Shown: one piece after another, positions 9,408-19,250 of the stretch
How positions within the stretch are numbered: position 1 is the first letter of the stretch
Layout of the letters: the number at the start of each line of letters is the position of its first letter
Assembly: GCA_964560005.1 (NCBI GenBank)
Contig: CAZLKB010000003.1
Span: 110,951-174,950 of the forward strand
DNA from: an uncultured Gammaproteobacteria bacterium
GTDB taxonomy: Bacteria > Patescibacteriota > Patescibacteriia > Patescibacteriales > GWC2-42-12
Direction of reading: 5' to 3'
DNA length: 64,000 bases
The notes under the pieces: generated by a model
Database searches by the model: none
What the model was told of the DNA's origin: nothing
The model's input: the letters and a program-made list of their open reading frames with translations, nothing else
Made by a program: the position numbers and the translations under genes

Positions 9408-10523
9408 TTATCTAAACTCATCCAAAACCGCTATTAAGATTTTAATTTTCCCATCCCGGAAAACTCTTAAACCGATTTTATCGCCTGGTTTATATTTTTG
9501 GATAACCGATAACAAAGTGTTTTTTTCTTGTAACTTTATGCCATTGATTTCCATAATGATATCACCTGCTCTTAACCCAGCTTTTTCGCCCGGCGAACCC
9601 GCCAGCACCGAAGGCGTGCCGATATCGCTAACCGAAATCCAGGCACCGCTAATTTTGGCTAATTTATACTGTTCGGCGATTGCCGGGGTAAGCATAATAT
9701 ACCTAACGCCAAGCCTTGGCCTGACGATTCGCCCGATTTCCCTAACCGACTTTATTACCGGCTTAGCGTCATTTACCGGGATGGCGAAACCGACCGATGA
9801 GCCGGACTGATCAATAGCCACATTAATACCCACGATATTACCCTCTAAATCAACCAACGGACCACCGGAATTTCCTAAATTAATATTTGCATCGGTCTGT
9901 AGCACATTATCTAAAGTTTCAGCTGAATTACCGTTTTGGTCTGAAGCTTCAATACTTCTGCCCAACCCGCTGATTATGCCCTTGGTAGCGCTATTTTGAT
10001 ACCGCCCTAAAGTATTGCCAATGGCAATAACTGAAGTTCCGATCTGCAGTTTATCGCTGTCGCCCAGCTGGACATAGGGTAAATTTTTATCAAAAATCTT
10101 TAAAACCGCCAAATCATTTATCGGGTCCTTGCCGATTAACTGGGCATAATATTGTTTGCCTGACCCTAAAATAATCTTGTATTCGGCGGTTTTTTCACTG
10201 CCTACTCCGATCACATGTTTATTGGTTAAAATCAGGCCGTCGGCCGAGATCAGAAAACCGGTTCCCGAACCTTTTTGCACCTTGCTAATTTCTTGGGACT
10301 GCTGGCCGGAACCTAAATTGACAATTGTTGTGCTCAGCTGATCAACAACAATAATGCTAACCACGGCCGGCATGACTTTATTAATCGCCCTGATGGTGGC
10401 TTCCTGATCGTCCAGGCGCAGGCTATCGGCAATAACTCCAGTCAAATTGGGCGAATAAAAATTTATAAACAACCCGCCGCTTAAACCGATTAAAAAAAAT
10501 ATAATTATCAAATATTTTTTCAT
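9408..10523 (-). CDS. HtrA/DegP-family serine protease with C-terminal PDZ domain
   Basis: Intact catalytic triad context: LILTNKHV (His), NDLAVLKI (Asp), NLGNSGGPL (Ser). PDZ segment GSPGEKAGLRAGDIIMEINGIKL. Confidence 0.9.
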   Translation of the reverse strand: MKKYLIIIFFLIGLSGGLFINFYSPNLTGVIADSLRLDDQEATIRAINKVMPAVVSIIVVDQLSTTIVNLGSGQQSQEISKVQKGSGTGFLISADGLILTNKHVIGVGSEKTAEYKIILGSGKQYYAQLIGKDPINDLAVLKIFDKNLPYVQLGDSDKLQIGTSVIAIGNTLGRYQNSATKGIISGLGRSIEASDQNGNSAETLDNVLQTDANINLGNSGGPLVDLEGNIVGINVAIDQSGSSVGFAIPVNDAKPVIKSVREIGRIVRPRLGVRYIMLTPAIAEQYKLAKISGAWISVSDIGTPSVLAGSPGEKAGLRAGDIIMEINGIKLQEKNTLLSVIQKYKPGDKIGLRVFRDGKIKILIAVLDEFR

Positions 10524-10539
10524 TTTTTATGATAAACAA

Positions 10540-10824
10540 TTAATTAATCTTATCTTCAATATTACCGTGATGGCCTAATGGGTAAACAGGGCGATTATGC
10601 CTAGAGTGGGGTTTGCCAGCTGAACCGGTTTGGTCTGTTTTACGATCTTCAGGCTCATAATTTTCATCTCTGCTATAATCACCATTTAAAACCTTATGAC
10701 TAAAACCTCGCCTAATATTTTTAGTTGGCAATTTATTAATTCCTTGACCTTCGGTTTCTGATTGCTCTGTTTTCGCCTTATCGGGAGTAAATAAATCTAA
10801 TTGTTCTTCCATTTTATTTGGCAT
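10540..10824 (-). CDS. hypothetical small hydrophilic protein
   Basis: 94-aa ATG-initiated ORF with a low-complexity charged sequence and no motif. Confidence 0.35.
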   Translation of the reverse strand: MPNKMEEQLDLFTPDKAKTEQSETEGQGINKLPTKNIRRGFSHKVLNGDYSRDENYEPEDRKTDQTGSAGKPHSRHNRPVYPLGHHGNIEDKIN

Positions 10825-10954
10825 ATAAATAAATTATTACTTTCTATATTATAACTCAAAGAAAAATACCTGACAACTTTACAAAAGTCAAATAATATTT
10901 TATTATAGTAATAGTCCCGATTTTTCGGGATTTTGCTTAGTTTATTATTATTAT

Positions 10955-11025
10955 TCGGGGATCGTCCAATGGTAAGACAGCGGCCTTTGGAGCCGCTAAT
11001 CATGGTTCGAATCCATGTCCCCGAA
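10955..11025 (+). tRNA. tRNA-Gln (anticodon UUG)
   Basis: Acceptor TCGGGGA/TCCCCGA (U1:A72). Anticodon arm GCGGC-CTTTGGA-GCCGC. T arm CATGG-TTCGAAT-CCATG. CCA is not encoded. Confidence 0.9.
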
Positions 11026-11111
11026 CAATGAAAAGACAATTTTATTAACGGGGTGAAAGTCCATACCCCTTAGTCATCTAATCTTTTTTCTTATTTAAGC
11101 CTGATTTGTTT

Positions 11112-11630
11112 ATGTATCAAAGTTTTATATCTATTGGTTTAAGTTTTATATATTTACTTTTATTTCTTTTATTGCCCTGGTTCTTTTATAACACCAGGGC
11201 AAAACCGAACGCCAAATCCATTGCCTCGCTTATAATTATAGCTTTAGTAAGCCTGCTAAGCTATTTTATCGCTTTAAACATACCGAATGAATGGCTGGGC
11301 AATAGAATTCAACATATTTTCGGCGGAGGCTTTCTTTCATTTTTAATTTGCTTTTTCGTCGTTAAAGACGCCGGATTAAGGCTTACTAAATTTCAATTTT
11401 TTATATTCAGCTACCTGATAGTTACAATACTCGGCGTAGGTAACGAGTTAATTGAATTTTTCTTACAAAGTTATTTTGATTTTACCTTCGCTAGAACCGT
11501 GGACGATACCTGGTTAGATTTAACGAGCAACGCTATCGGCGCGCTGATTGCCGCCGCGATTTTTATTCCTTTGATAAAAGCTGACCGCGCTGAACCAAAC
11601 CGCCGAAGCAAGAAGCCGGCAAAAACCTAA
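11112..11630 (+). CDS. hypothetical polytopic membrane protein
   Basis: About 5 TM helices with a basic C-terminal tail. ATG at 11112 (the track start at 11106 is TTG). Confidence 0.5.
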   Translation: MYQSFISIGLSFIYLLLFLLLPWFFYNTRAKPNAKSIASLIIIALVSLLSYFIALNIPNEWLGNRIQHIFGGGFLSFLICFFVVKDAGLRLTKFQFFIFSYLIVTILGVGNELIEFFLQSYFDFTFARTVDDTWLDLTSNAIGALIAAAIFIPLIKADRAEPNRRSKKPAKT

Positions 11631-11745
11631 AAAAATAAAATAAAAATTTCTCTCTAAAGAATTGCGTTGGCGTTAATAAATACAGATCAATAATTAATCA
11701 ATTATCCACCCCGACACCCTGGGTGTTTTTTTATTTAGCCGGAAA

Positions 11746-11754
11746 TGCTATAAT
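11746..11754 (+). promoter_or_regulatory. extended -10 promoter element (TGcTATAAT) 13 nt upstream of the ATPase ATG
   Basis: tgctataat at 11746-11754 with no good -35. The spacing implies a very short (about 6 nt) leader and no Shine-Dalgarno sequence. Confidence 0.45.
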
Positions 11755-11766
11755 TATTAAATATTT

Positions 11767-14337
11767 ATGCTCACCGATAAAGAAATTAAAAACTTGAAGG
11801 GGCTATCGCAAAGCCAAGCCGAAGCGCTCCTTAAAGACGAAGGCTTTAACGAATTGCCGGGGGAAAGAAGCAAAAAAATCTGGCGTATTTTTTTAGATGT
11901 GCTTAAAGAGCCGATGCTCTTACTCTTGGTTGCTTGTACGATTATTTATTTTGTCTTGGCCGATATTAGAGAAGCTCTGATCTTATGCTTCTCTATCTTC
12001 GCGGTGATCGGCATAACCATTCACCAGGAAAACAAAACGGAAAAAGCTTTAAACGCCTTACGCAATCTTGCCAGTCCGCGCGCCCTGGTTATTAGAGACG
12101 GCCTAAAAAAAATTATTGCCGGCCGAGATGTCGTCAGGGGGGACTATGTATTTTTAAACGAAGGCGACCGGGTGCCGGCCGATGGAATAATTTTGTGGAC
12201 TTTAAATCTATCCATTGACGAGTCAATTTTAACCGGCGAATCAATGGCGGTGCAAAAATCTTCGGGCAAGGCCGATCTGGAGGTTGGCCACCCGTCTTCC
12301 AACGACTCGCCATTCGCTTTCTCGGGTTCACTGGTTACCAGCGGCCAGGGTATATTACTGGTTAAAAGAACCGGCGTAGAAACCGAGATGGGAAAAATAG
12401 GCAGAATGCTTAACATCATAAAAGAAGAAAGCACGCCTCTGCAAAAAGAAATAAAAAAAATTATAAAAATCGTTTCGGTAATCGGCCTGATTTTATGTCT
12501 GGCCGTTGTAATTTTTTATATTTTAAGAATCGGCGGCCTGATTGATGGTTTCTTGGCCGGCATCACCCTGGCTATGTCAATCTTACCCGAAGAACTGCCG
12601 GTGATGATGGTTATCTTTTTATCTTTAGGCGCTTGGCGTATTTCAAAAAAACAAGTTTTAGCCAGGAATATGAGCGCGGTAGAAACTCTAGGCTCGACTT
12701 CCGTGTTATGCGTGGATAAAACCGGCACCCTGACTCAAAACAAGATGCAGGTAGAGAAAATTTTTACCCTAACTCAGGCTAACAAGAATTCTTTCAAGGG
12801 CGGTTTCTTTAACCTGAACGAAAAAAATAATTTTGAAAATTCCAATTCAGCCTTGAAAAAAATGGCGGAATTCGGCTGTTTGTCATGCAAAAAACTGACT
12901 TTTGACCCCATGGATATAGCCATAAAGCAGTTCAGCGCTGATAATACAAATCAAAAAACCATAGAACAAAATTATGAATTTTTACGCGAATACCCGCTAT
13001 CTCATAAATTGCTGGCCGTGGCTAATGTTTGGAAAAATAAAGACGGTGAAATCATCATCGCCACCAAGGGCGCGCCCGAAGCAATCGCCGAACTATGCCA
13101 TTTTACCGATAAACAAAATAAAGAATTCATGAAAGTGGTTAAATCGCTGGCTTTGGAAAATTTTAGAATCTTGGGTCTTGCTAAAGCGCAATATCAAGAT
13201 GATAATCTGCCGCGAGAAATGCATGATTTTAATTTTGAATTTCTGGGCTTGTTCGGCCTGGCGGATCCGATTCGCTCTTCCGTCCTCCCGGCCATAAAAG
13301 AATGCTATGACGCCGGCATTAAAATTATTATGATCACCGGCGACTATCCGGAAACGGCAAAAAATATCGCCAAGCAAATCGGTTTAAAAAATCCGGACGA
13401 AACAATCACCGGCGAGCAATTTGACATGATTAGTAACGAGGAGTTGCTTAGACGGTTAAAAACTGTCGCGGTATTTTCACGCATGGTGCCGACGCAAAAA
13501 TTAAGAATAGTTGACGCGCTTAAAAAAACCGGGGAAATCGTGGCTATGACGGGCGACGGAGTTAACGATGCACCGGCTTTAAAATCAGCTCATATCGGCA
13601 TCGCTATGGGCGAGAGAGGCACGGATGTATCCAGAGAAGCCTCGGATATTGTGCTGTTAAATGATAATTTTTCCTCCTTGGTCAGCGGTATAAAGGTGGG
13701 CCGCGCAATTTTTGATAATTTAAAAAAAGCCATCGCCTATATCTTATCAATTCATATTCCGATAGCCGGGATCGCTCTACTGCCGATTATATTTAAATGG
13801 CCGCTGGTCTTATATCCAATCCATGTGGTATTTTTGGAGTTTATTATTGATCCGGCTTGTTCAATTCTATTTGAAGCCGAACCGGCAGAAAAAAATGTAA
13901 TGAAGCGACCGCCCCGCGGTAAGAATGAATCGCTTTTAAACAGGCGCTTGCTCGGTTTAAGCCTAACCCAAGGTTTTATTATTTTATTGGCGGTTATTAC
14001 TGCTTTCGCGCTGGCTACGGCTATGGGTAGAAACCCCGGCCAAATCAGAGCCCTTGCATTTACAACTTTAATTTTTGCTAACATTTTATTAATCTTATCT
14101 AATCGTTCCTGGACGCAAACAATTCCCCAAACCTTGCTTAAAAAAAACCCGGCGGCTTGGTGGATTATGGGCGGAGCTCTGGCTTTTTTGCTATTTATCA
14201 ATTACCAGCCCGATTTAAGCAGTATCTTTAGATTTTCTCCCCTAGGCATGTTCGATCTCGGTATCGCTTTTACCCTCAGCCTATTAACAGTCGCCTGGCA
14301 TGAAGTTTACAAACTCGTAAAACAAATAAGGCTATGA
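11767..14337 (+). CDS. cation-transporting P-type ATPase (P2-type, Ca2+/Mg2+-like)
   Basis: Phosphorylation motif CVDKTGTLTQN, TGES, hinge MTGDGVNDAPALK, PEELP in TM4 and an N-terminal Cation_ATPase_N-like segment. Confidence 0.9.
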   Translation: MLTDKEIKNLKGLSQSQAEALLKDEGFNELPGERSKKIWRIFLDVLKEPMLLLLVACTIIYFVLADIREALILCFSIFAVIGITIHQENKTEKALNALRNLASPRALVIRDGLKKIIAGRDVVRGDYVFLNEGDRVPADGIILWTLNLSIDESILTGESMAVQKSSGKADLEVGHPSSNDSPFAFSGSLVTSGQGILLVKRTGVETEMGKIGRMLNIIKEESTPLQKEIKKIIKIVSVIGLILCLAVVIFYILRIGGLIDGFLAGITLAMSILPEELPVMMVIFLSLGAWRISKKQVLARNMSAVETLGSTSVLCVDKTGTLTQNKMQVEKIFTLTQANKNSFKGGFFNLNEKNNFENSNSALKKMAEFGCLSCKKLTFDPMDIAIKQFSADNTNQKTIEQNYEFLREYPLSHKLLAVANVWKNKDGEIIIATKGAPEAIAELCHFTDKQNKEFMKVVKSLALENFRILGLAKAQYQDDNLPREMHDFNFEFLGLFGLADPIRSSVLPAIKECYDAGIKIIMITGDYPETAKNIAKQIGLKNPDETITGEQFDMISNEELLRRLKTVAVFSRMVPTQKLRIVDALKKTGEIVAMTGDGVNDAPALKSAHIGIAMGERGTDVSREASDIVLLNDNFSSLVSGIKVGRAIFDNLKKAIAYILSIHIPIAGIALLPIIFKWPLVLYPIHVVFLEFIIDPACSILFEAEPAEKNVMKRPPRGKNESLLNRRLLGLSLTQGFIILLAVITAFALATAMGRNPGQIRALAFTTLIFANILLILSNRSWTQTIPQTLLKKNPAAWWIMGGALAFLLFINYQPDLSSIFRFSPLGMFDLGIAFTLSLLTVAWHEVYKLVKQIRL

Positions 14338-14380
14338 GCCGTGTCACTAAAAGACAAATTGAAAGCTTAGGAGTCAACTA

Positions 14381-14407
14381 AAAAACAGGCGTTAAAAACC
14401 TGTTTTT
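14381..14407. terminator. bidirectional intrinsic terminator between ATPase (+) and ftsX (-)
   Basis: aaaaacagg-cgttaaaa-cctgttttt, with stem aacagg/cctgtt flanked by an A-run and a T-run. Confidence 0.65.
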
Positions 14408-14436
14408 ATATACCAACCTCTTTCCCTTTCATTTGA

Positions 14437-15351
14437 TCAAACCTTGGAATACTTCCCTACAGCTACCAGGCTGGCTAAAAAATTAACCAAAGTTACGGCT
14501 AAAAATTCCAAACCGAAAATAGCGAAAAAATTATTATTATAATATTCTAAAATATTAACCTCAAAACCGGCAAAGAAACTGGCTAAATACGGCTGAGAAA
14601 AGCTTAATAGAGGATATAGTATGGTTATAATAGCCGCTACCCCTATCAGCGCATAAATTATACCGGAGATTAAATAAGGCGCACGGATGAACCAGGTAGA
14701 CGCTCCCACCAATTTCATAATGCCGATCTCTCGCCTATGGGTATAAATCGCCACCCGCACGGTGTTATAGACGACCAAGATGGTTATCAATACAAATATC
14801 AGACTGATAAATAACCCGATCTCGCTGGCCTTTTCGGTTAGACTGTTAATCTTTGTCAGCATGGCTTTATGGTCGTCAAAATTCCTGGATTCAATAATCT
14901 GATCATCAAACTTATTCAAGCTGGCAATCAAGCTTTCATAATCATCAACATCTTTAGGTTTAATCACTAAGCTCGGCGATAAGGGGTTATTGCCTAATTC
15001 CAATAAGGCTTGCAGTATTTCTTGATTATTCTGATGCTTATCTCTGAAGTCCTCAATCGCGGCCTGCTGAGAGGTATAAACCACTTCTTTAACAGAATCA
15101 ATTTCTCCGATTTTATTTTTCAAAGCTAAAATTTTGCTCTCCTCGGTATTTGATTTTAAATATAAACTGATATCTACCTTTTCCTTGACCGCGCTAATGG
15201 CGGTTGAACCTAATACTTTTACCACCAATAATATATTTACCGATAATAAAGCTAGAATAATAATAATCAGGGTGATGATAGAAAGCCAGATATTGCGAAA
15301 TATATCCTGCAGGCTGAATTTTATCACTCTAAAAAAAGATAGTAAAAACAT
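14437..15351 (-). CDS. ftsX: cell-division ABC permease-like protein FtsX
   Basis: FtsX topology (TM1, large extracytoplasmic loop, three C-terminal TM helices), directly downstream of ftsE. Trimmed to MFLLSFF, because the track N-terminus SAKGGSASGGKIENCLSPDGGKLKI is a read-through of the repeat element. Confidence 0.85.
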   Translation of the reverse strand: MFLLSFFRVIKFSLQDIFRNIWLSIITLIIIILALLSVNILLVVKVLGSTAISAVKEKVDISLYLKSNTEESKILALKNKIGEIDSVKEVVYTSQQAAIEDFRDKHQNNQEILQALLELGNNPLSPSLVIKPKDVDDYESLIASLNKFDDQIIESRNFDDHKAMLTKINSLTEKASEIGLFISLIFVLITILVVYNTVRVAIYTHRREIGIMKLVGASTWFIRAPYLISGIIYALIGVAAIITILYPLLSFSQPYLASFFAGFEVNILEYYNNNFFAIFGLEFLAVTLVNFLASLVAVGKYSKV

Positions 15352-15354
15352 ATG

Positions 15355-15450
15355 GTTAATTTTCAATTTTCCCCCATCCGGGGACAAGCAATTCTCAATT
15401 TTTCCGCCAGAGGCAGATCCGCCTTTGGCGGACAATAAATTTTCAATGCA
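15355..15450. repeat. composite spacer element: ccccatccgggg hairpin + gaaaatt words + 30-nt double hairpin (15403-15432)
   Basis: The reverse complement matches 23883-23994 inside the GT4 gene at >90% identity by eye over about 75 nt (…ggcggaaaaattga[g/a]aattgcttgtccccggatgggggaaaattgaaaatt). Confidence 0.85.
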
Positions 15451-15551
15451 TTAATTTTCAAATAAACGCATCTTTTCTGCGCCTGTTTGAAAATTTAAAC
15501 ATTATATCATTGCAAATTGTTTGAAAATTGTAAATTGTAAATTGAAAATTT

Positions 15552-16232
15552 TTATAGGATATACTTGCCCACCGCCTGATCGCCGACAATCAAGCCATTT
15601 TCAATAGTGATCACTCTTTTCCTCAACTTATTCACCACATCTCGATTATGAGTCACTAAGAGAACCGTGGTGCCGAATTTATTTATTTTTTGCAGAATTT
15701 CAATAATTTCATCGGCATTGATAGAATCCAGATTGCCGGTCGGTTCATCGGCTAAAAAAATCTTGGGCCGATGGACCAGGGCTCGGGCAATAACGGCGCG
15801 CTGCTGTTCGCCGCCGGATACTTCCAGCGGATAGCGATGCATTTTATTTTCCAACCCGACGATTTTTAAAACTTGCGGCACGATGTTATTAATTTTACTT
15901 TGCGGATCGCCGCAAACCTGCAAGGCAAAGCAAACATTTTCAAAGATAGTCTTGCGATGAAGCAATTTAAAATCCTGAAAAACCACGCCGATTTGCCGGC
16001 GCAAAACTGGAATTTCCGACTGACCGATATCGGTAATATCCCAGCCGCCAACGATGATTTTCCCCTGGTTGGGTTTTTCCTCGCCGATTAAAATTTTAAC
16101 CAGGGTGGTTTTACCAGTACCCGACTGCCCGACAATGGAAACAAACTCGCCTGGCTTAATATGCAAATTAACTTTATATAAAGCCTTGATATCCGGCGGG
16201 TATATTTTTGTGATATTTTCAAGTCTGATCAT
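15552..16232 (-). CDS. ftsE: cell-division ATP-binding protein FtsE
   Basis: Walker A GQSGTGKTT, signature VSGGEQQR, Walker B IFLADEPTGNLD. Located upstream of ftsX. Confidence 0.9.
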   Translation of the reverse strand: MIRLENITKIYPPDIKALYKVNLHIKPGEFVSIVGQSGTGKTTLVKILIGEEKPNQGKIIVGGWDITDIGQSEIPVLRRQIGVVFQDFKLLHRKTIFENVCFALQVCGDPQSKINNIVPQVLKIVGLENKMHRYPLEVSGGEQQRAVIARALVHRPKIFLADEPTGNLDSINADEIIEILQKINKFGTTVLLVTHNRDVVNKLRKRVITIENGLIVGDQAVGKYIL

Positions 16233-16244
16233 AATCGTTTTTTA

Positions 16245-17849
16245 CTATCGCTTAATCATTTTAAGCCCGTATTTTAAAAGCTCCTCGGTTTCGGCAAAAC
16301 TTTTATCCCGGCTGGAAGTTCCCATGGTTACCGCGATAACTTGCCTGCCCTGCTTATCCGCCGCTCTGGCCATTAAGCAATATAGCGCTTCGTCAAGATA
16401 ACCGGTTTTAGATCCGGTAATATTTAAACCACTGACTTCTAAAAGTTTGTCGGTATTGGTTATGGTGTGAGCTTTTTTAGTGTTATGAGTGGTAAATTTA
16501 TACTTAAACATGGTACTGGCCTTTTGAATAATCGGATGAATATAAACCTCTTTACTTATTATAGCATAATCAAGCGCTGAGCTCACATTGCCGGGCGCCA
16601 AGCCAGTCGGTTCAATAAAATGTGTTGAAGACGCGCCCAAATTAGCCACCATACTATTCATTTTATTTATAAATTCCTGGCGCGCCAAACCACTGGAGCG
16701 CACCAGAGTCTCAATCGCATTATTGGCCGAGCCAACCAAGGCCGCATACAGCAAATCCTCAATGGTTAAGCTATCGCCGTCGTTCAATTTCAATCTGGCC
16801 GATTCCCATTTTTTAACATATTGATAATTATACTCTTCATCCTTAAGGCTATAAGTTACGATTTTATTTAGACTCGGCCGAGTATCTAAAAACACTTTTA
16901 TGGCTACCAGCTTGGTCAGACTGGCTAAGGGCCTAGTGCTAGTGGCATTTTTTTGCCATAGAACCTCTCCGGTCTGTTCGTTAATTAAAACGGCCGATTT
17001 AGAAGTTACCGCCGGTTCTTTTTTCGCTCCCTGATCGCTTAAACCGAATAATCTTTCTCCTTTGGCGCCCAGGGAAATCAGTTCAACCCTGACCCGAATA
17101 GTCCCCTGCGCTACACTGGCGATTTTACTAAAAGCGGTTTTTTCCAAATCAACCACCCGGTCAGGATGCAATTTTCTTTCCGGTCCGAAATCGTTTACTA
17201 TTACATCCACGGATTTCCCGTTATCCAAATTATAAACTCTCAACTTTGAGCCTTTAGGAAAATCCGGCGAAGCGGTAAAATTACCCTTTTTATAGCTATA
17301 CCAGCTGGCCTTACCGACTACCAGGGCGTTTGGGTTGGAAAAAACGGCTAAACGGGCGAAACTAAAGGGTATTTCACATCTAACGGATTTTTGATTATTA
17401 ATTTCCTTGCAATTTAAAGGGCGCCAAGCTGAGTAATTCTTGTCATAAAAATAAATTTGTTTCAAAAAATTGGAATCTTGATTATGCTTAATTTCAACCA
17501 ATAGCGGTTTTTTGCCATCATAAGCTGATTTATTAACAATCTCATACTGATATATATCGCTTAACTTCTCTAATTGCCACGGTAAATCCATTACTTCGTT
17601 GATTTTCCTTATTTCCACGCCGGTGGCATCTTTTAATAAGCCCTTAGGTAAAACCAGGCTGACTAAACCGCTTAGGGCTTTGATGGTATAACCTTTGCCG
17701 GCGGTGGCTTTATTAATATTAATGAAAAAGGAATTTTCCGACTGCGCTTCCGGCTCGGCCGCATAAATAAAATTACCGGCTATCAAGGCCAGCAGTAAGA
17801 TTAAAAAAAATGTTGCTAATTTTGCCACTATTTGACTTTGTCTTAGCAT
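16245..17849 (-). CDS. fusion protein: RlpA-like double-psi beta-barrel domain + S11 D-alanyl-D-alanine carboxypeptidase
   Basis: RlpA-like segment ASWYSYKKGNFTASPDFPKGSKLRVYNLDNGKSVDVIVNDFGP. PBP5-type motifs SLTK (SxxK), SAN (SxN) and KTG, plus a signal anchor. Confidence 0.75.
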   Translation of the reverse strand: MLRQSQIVAKLATFFLILLLALIAGNFIYAAEPEAQSENSFFININKATAGKGYTIKALSGLVSLVLPKGLLKDATGVEIRKINEVMDLPWQLEKLSDIYQYEIVNKSAYDGKKPLLVEIKHNQDSNFLKQIYFYDKNYSAWRPLNCKEINNQKSVRCEIPFSFARLAVFSNPNALVVGKASWYSYKKGNFTASPDFPKGSKLRVYNLDNGKSVDVIVNDFGPERKLHPDRVVDLEKTAFSKIASVAQGTIRVRVELISLGAKGERLFGLSDQGAKKEPAVTSKSAVLINEQTGEVLWQKNATSTRPLASLTKLVAIKVFLDTRPSLNKIVTYSLKDEEYNYQYVKKWESARLKLNDGDSLTIEDLLYAALVGSANNAIETLVRSSGLARQEFINKMNSMVANLGASSTHFIEPTGLAPGNVSSALDYAIISKEVYIHPIIQKASTMFKYKFTTHNTKKAHTITNTDKLLEVSGLNITGSKTGYLDEALYCLMARAADKQGRQVIAVTMGTSSRDKSFAETEELLKYGLKMIKR

Positions 17850-18010
17850 ACATATATAATTATAGCATACTTAATACAAAATTTTCAATTTTCAATTTTT
17901 AAACAATTTACAATTAACTAATGATTAAATTTTCAAACAAAGACCTTATTTATTGTATTGAAAATTGATCATTAAAAAATGTAAAGTGTAAATCTCAAAT
18001 TGAAAATTAT
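17850..18010. repeat. AT-rich inverted-repeat spacer element (gaaaatt dialect)
   Basis: aaaattttcaattttcaatttttaaacaatt ... cattaaaaaatgtaaagtgtaaatctcaaattgaaaatt. Confidence 0.65.
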
Positions 18011-18014
18011 TAAG

Positions 18015-18088
18015 GCGGGATTAGTACAATGGTAGTACATCTGCTTCCCAAGCAGGAAACGCGAGTCCGATTCTCGTATCCCGCTCCA
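18015..18088 (+). tRNA. tRNA-Gly (anticodon CCC), CCA encoded
   Basis: Acceptor GCGGGAT/ATCCCGC with discriminator U. Anticodon arm TCTGC-TTCCCAA-GCAGG. T arm GCGAG-TCCGATT-CTCGT. Confidence 0.9.
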
Positions 18089-18118
18089 AAATCAAAATAT
18101 TTTATACTGAAAAAACTT

Positions 18119-18127
18119 TGGTATAAT
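18119..18127 (+). promoter_or_regulatory. extended -10 promoter element (TGgTATAAT) for the DUF218 / NIF3-insert pair
   Basis: tggtataat at 18119-18127, about 55 nt upstream of the ATG at 18183. Confidence 0.4.
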
Positions 18128-18182
18128 AATTAACCGCTGTCATTCGGCAATCACACCGGGAGAATACAGCGCATCAAGAAAT

Positions 18183-18902
18183 ATGCGAGAAAATAAATTA
18201 CTAGGGTTTGAAAAGCCAAAAAAAATTGAGCAATACAGAGAAATGGTAGGCAATTCAGAAGCTATCTTTGTTTTATCGGCGAGCGCCAGAAAAATAGATA
18301 AGGACGAACATACAACATATCGAGCTGATTCTTACAGCAACTTAGATAATCATGGTTCCATGGGTGGCGGACACTCGCGCGTCATCGCGGCTGCTGAAAT
18401 TGCGCAGTATATTCCGGATGTAAAAATCATAACCACCAGTTACGATTACGAAGATGAGCCAACCCTTGCTAAAACTTACGCGCGCGATCTTGAAGGACTG
18501 GGGGTGCCGAAAGAAAGAATTGAGCTGGAAGAGCGTTCCACAAACACATTAACCGAACTTCTTGAAATGGTTAAAAAGGCCAGAGAACGCGGTTGGAAAA
18601 AAGTAGCAATACTTACCGGTGAAATTCATCTTGCAAGAGTTCAGGCAATGTGGAATCATTTAGAAGAATTGGCAAAAAGACTTCATGCAACGGATGAAAG
18701 ATTCTTCGCATCCTGGGATCACTTTAAAAAAGGAGCGGATTTAGATATTCACCTATTATCGGCCGAAAAAGTATTGCCGTTGCGAGATAGTCGATACAAT
18801 AAAATAATAGAAGCAATGAGAAATTCAGATTCATACAGAAGAACTGCTGAAGCAGAAGAAAAAGGAGTCAAACAAATTGAAGACGGAACATATGGTAAAT
18901 AA
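18183..18902 (+). CDS. DUF218/YdcF-like protein
   Basis: The pattern GGGHSRVIAAAEI ... ERSTNTLTELLEMVK ... ILTGEIHLARV resembles the YdcF/ElyC (DUF218) core (GG..R, S.nT.eN, vTs..H..R). Confidence 0.55.
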   Translation: MRENKLLGFEKPKKIEQYREMVGNSEAIFVLSASARKIDKDEHTTYRADSYSNLDNHGSMGGGHSRVIAAAEIAQYIPDVKIITTSYDYEDEPTLAKTYARDLEGLGVPKERIELEERSTNTLTELLEMVKKARERGWKKVAILTGEIHLARVQAMWNHLEELAKRLHATDERFFASWDHFKKGADLDIHLLSAEKVLPLRDSRYNKIIEAMRNSDSYRRTAEAEEKGVKQIEDGTYGK

Positions 18903-18911
18903 TTAAATCCT

Positions 18912-19244
18912 ATGTTAAAAGAATCTGATTATGTAAAAATCCGTATTGCCGTTCCGATAGAATCTGCGGCCGATATCCGCCGGGTTCTGGGCCAAACCGG
19001 CGCTGGCATCCAGGGAAACTACGAATATTGCAGTAGCTCGGTAAAGCAAACCGGCCGCTTTATACCCGGAACCGGCGCCAAACCCGCTCTTGGCCAAATC
19101 GGCAGATTGGAGGAAGTTGAAGAAGAATTAGTTGAAACTATCTGCCGAAAAAATCTGGTTGAAAAAGTCATTCTAGAAATAAAAAAAGCCCATCCTTACG
19201 AGGAACCGGCTATTGATATTATACCCAGATATGATATAGTTTAA
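18912..19244 (+). CDS. stand-alone NIF3-insert (PII-like) domain protein
   Basis: IRIAVPIESAADIRRVLGQTGAGIQGNYEYCSSSVKQTGRFIPGTGAKPALGQIGRLEEVEE...AHPYEEPAIDIIP closely follows the insert domain of NIF3/YqfO proteins as I remember it (VP..h...v..al..aGAG.iGnY..C........G.F.P......P.iG..G....veE...E.....HPYEEpayd). Confidence 0.6.
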   Translation: MLKESDYVKIRIAVPIESAADIRRVLGQTGAGIQGNYEYCSSSVKQTGRFIPGTGAKPALGQIGRLEEVEEELVETICRKNLVEKVILEIKKAHPYEEPAIDIIPRYDIV

Positions 19245-19250
19245 AATTAC

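Noticed and set aside
10797-11039. 80-aa minus-strand ORF.
   Set aside because: It overlaps tRNA-Gln on the opposite strand and the AT-rich spacer, and has no coding signal.
15352-15435. N-terminal extensions in the ORF track. Affected genes are ftsX, rnhA, the GT4 at 25713, pgk, SIMPL, the ABC-2 permease, the nuoF-like gene, recJ, rpsB, 6907-7359, 20945-21424, 21391-21654 and 21797-23296.
   Set aside because: The extensions start at TTG/GTG codons inside spacer repeats and translate repeat words (GGSASGG, IENCLSPDGGKLKI, LKIEN...). A conserved-looking ATG start lies downstream in every case, so I trimmed to the ATG.
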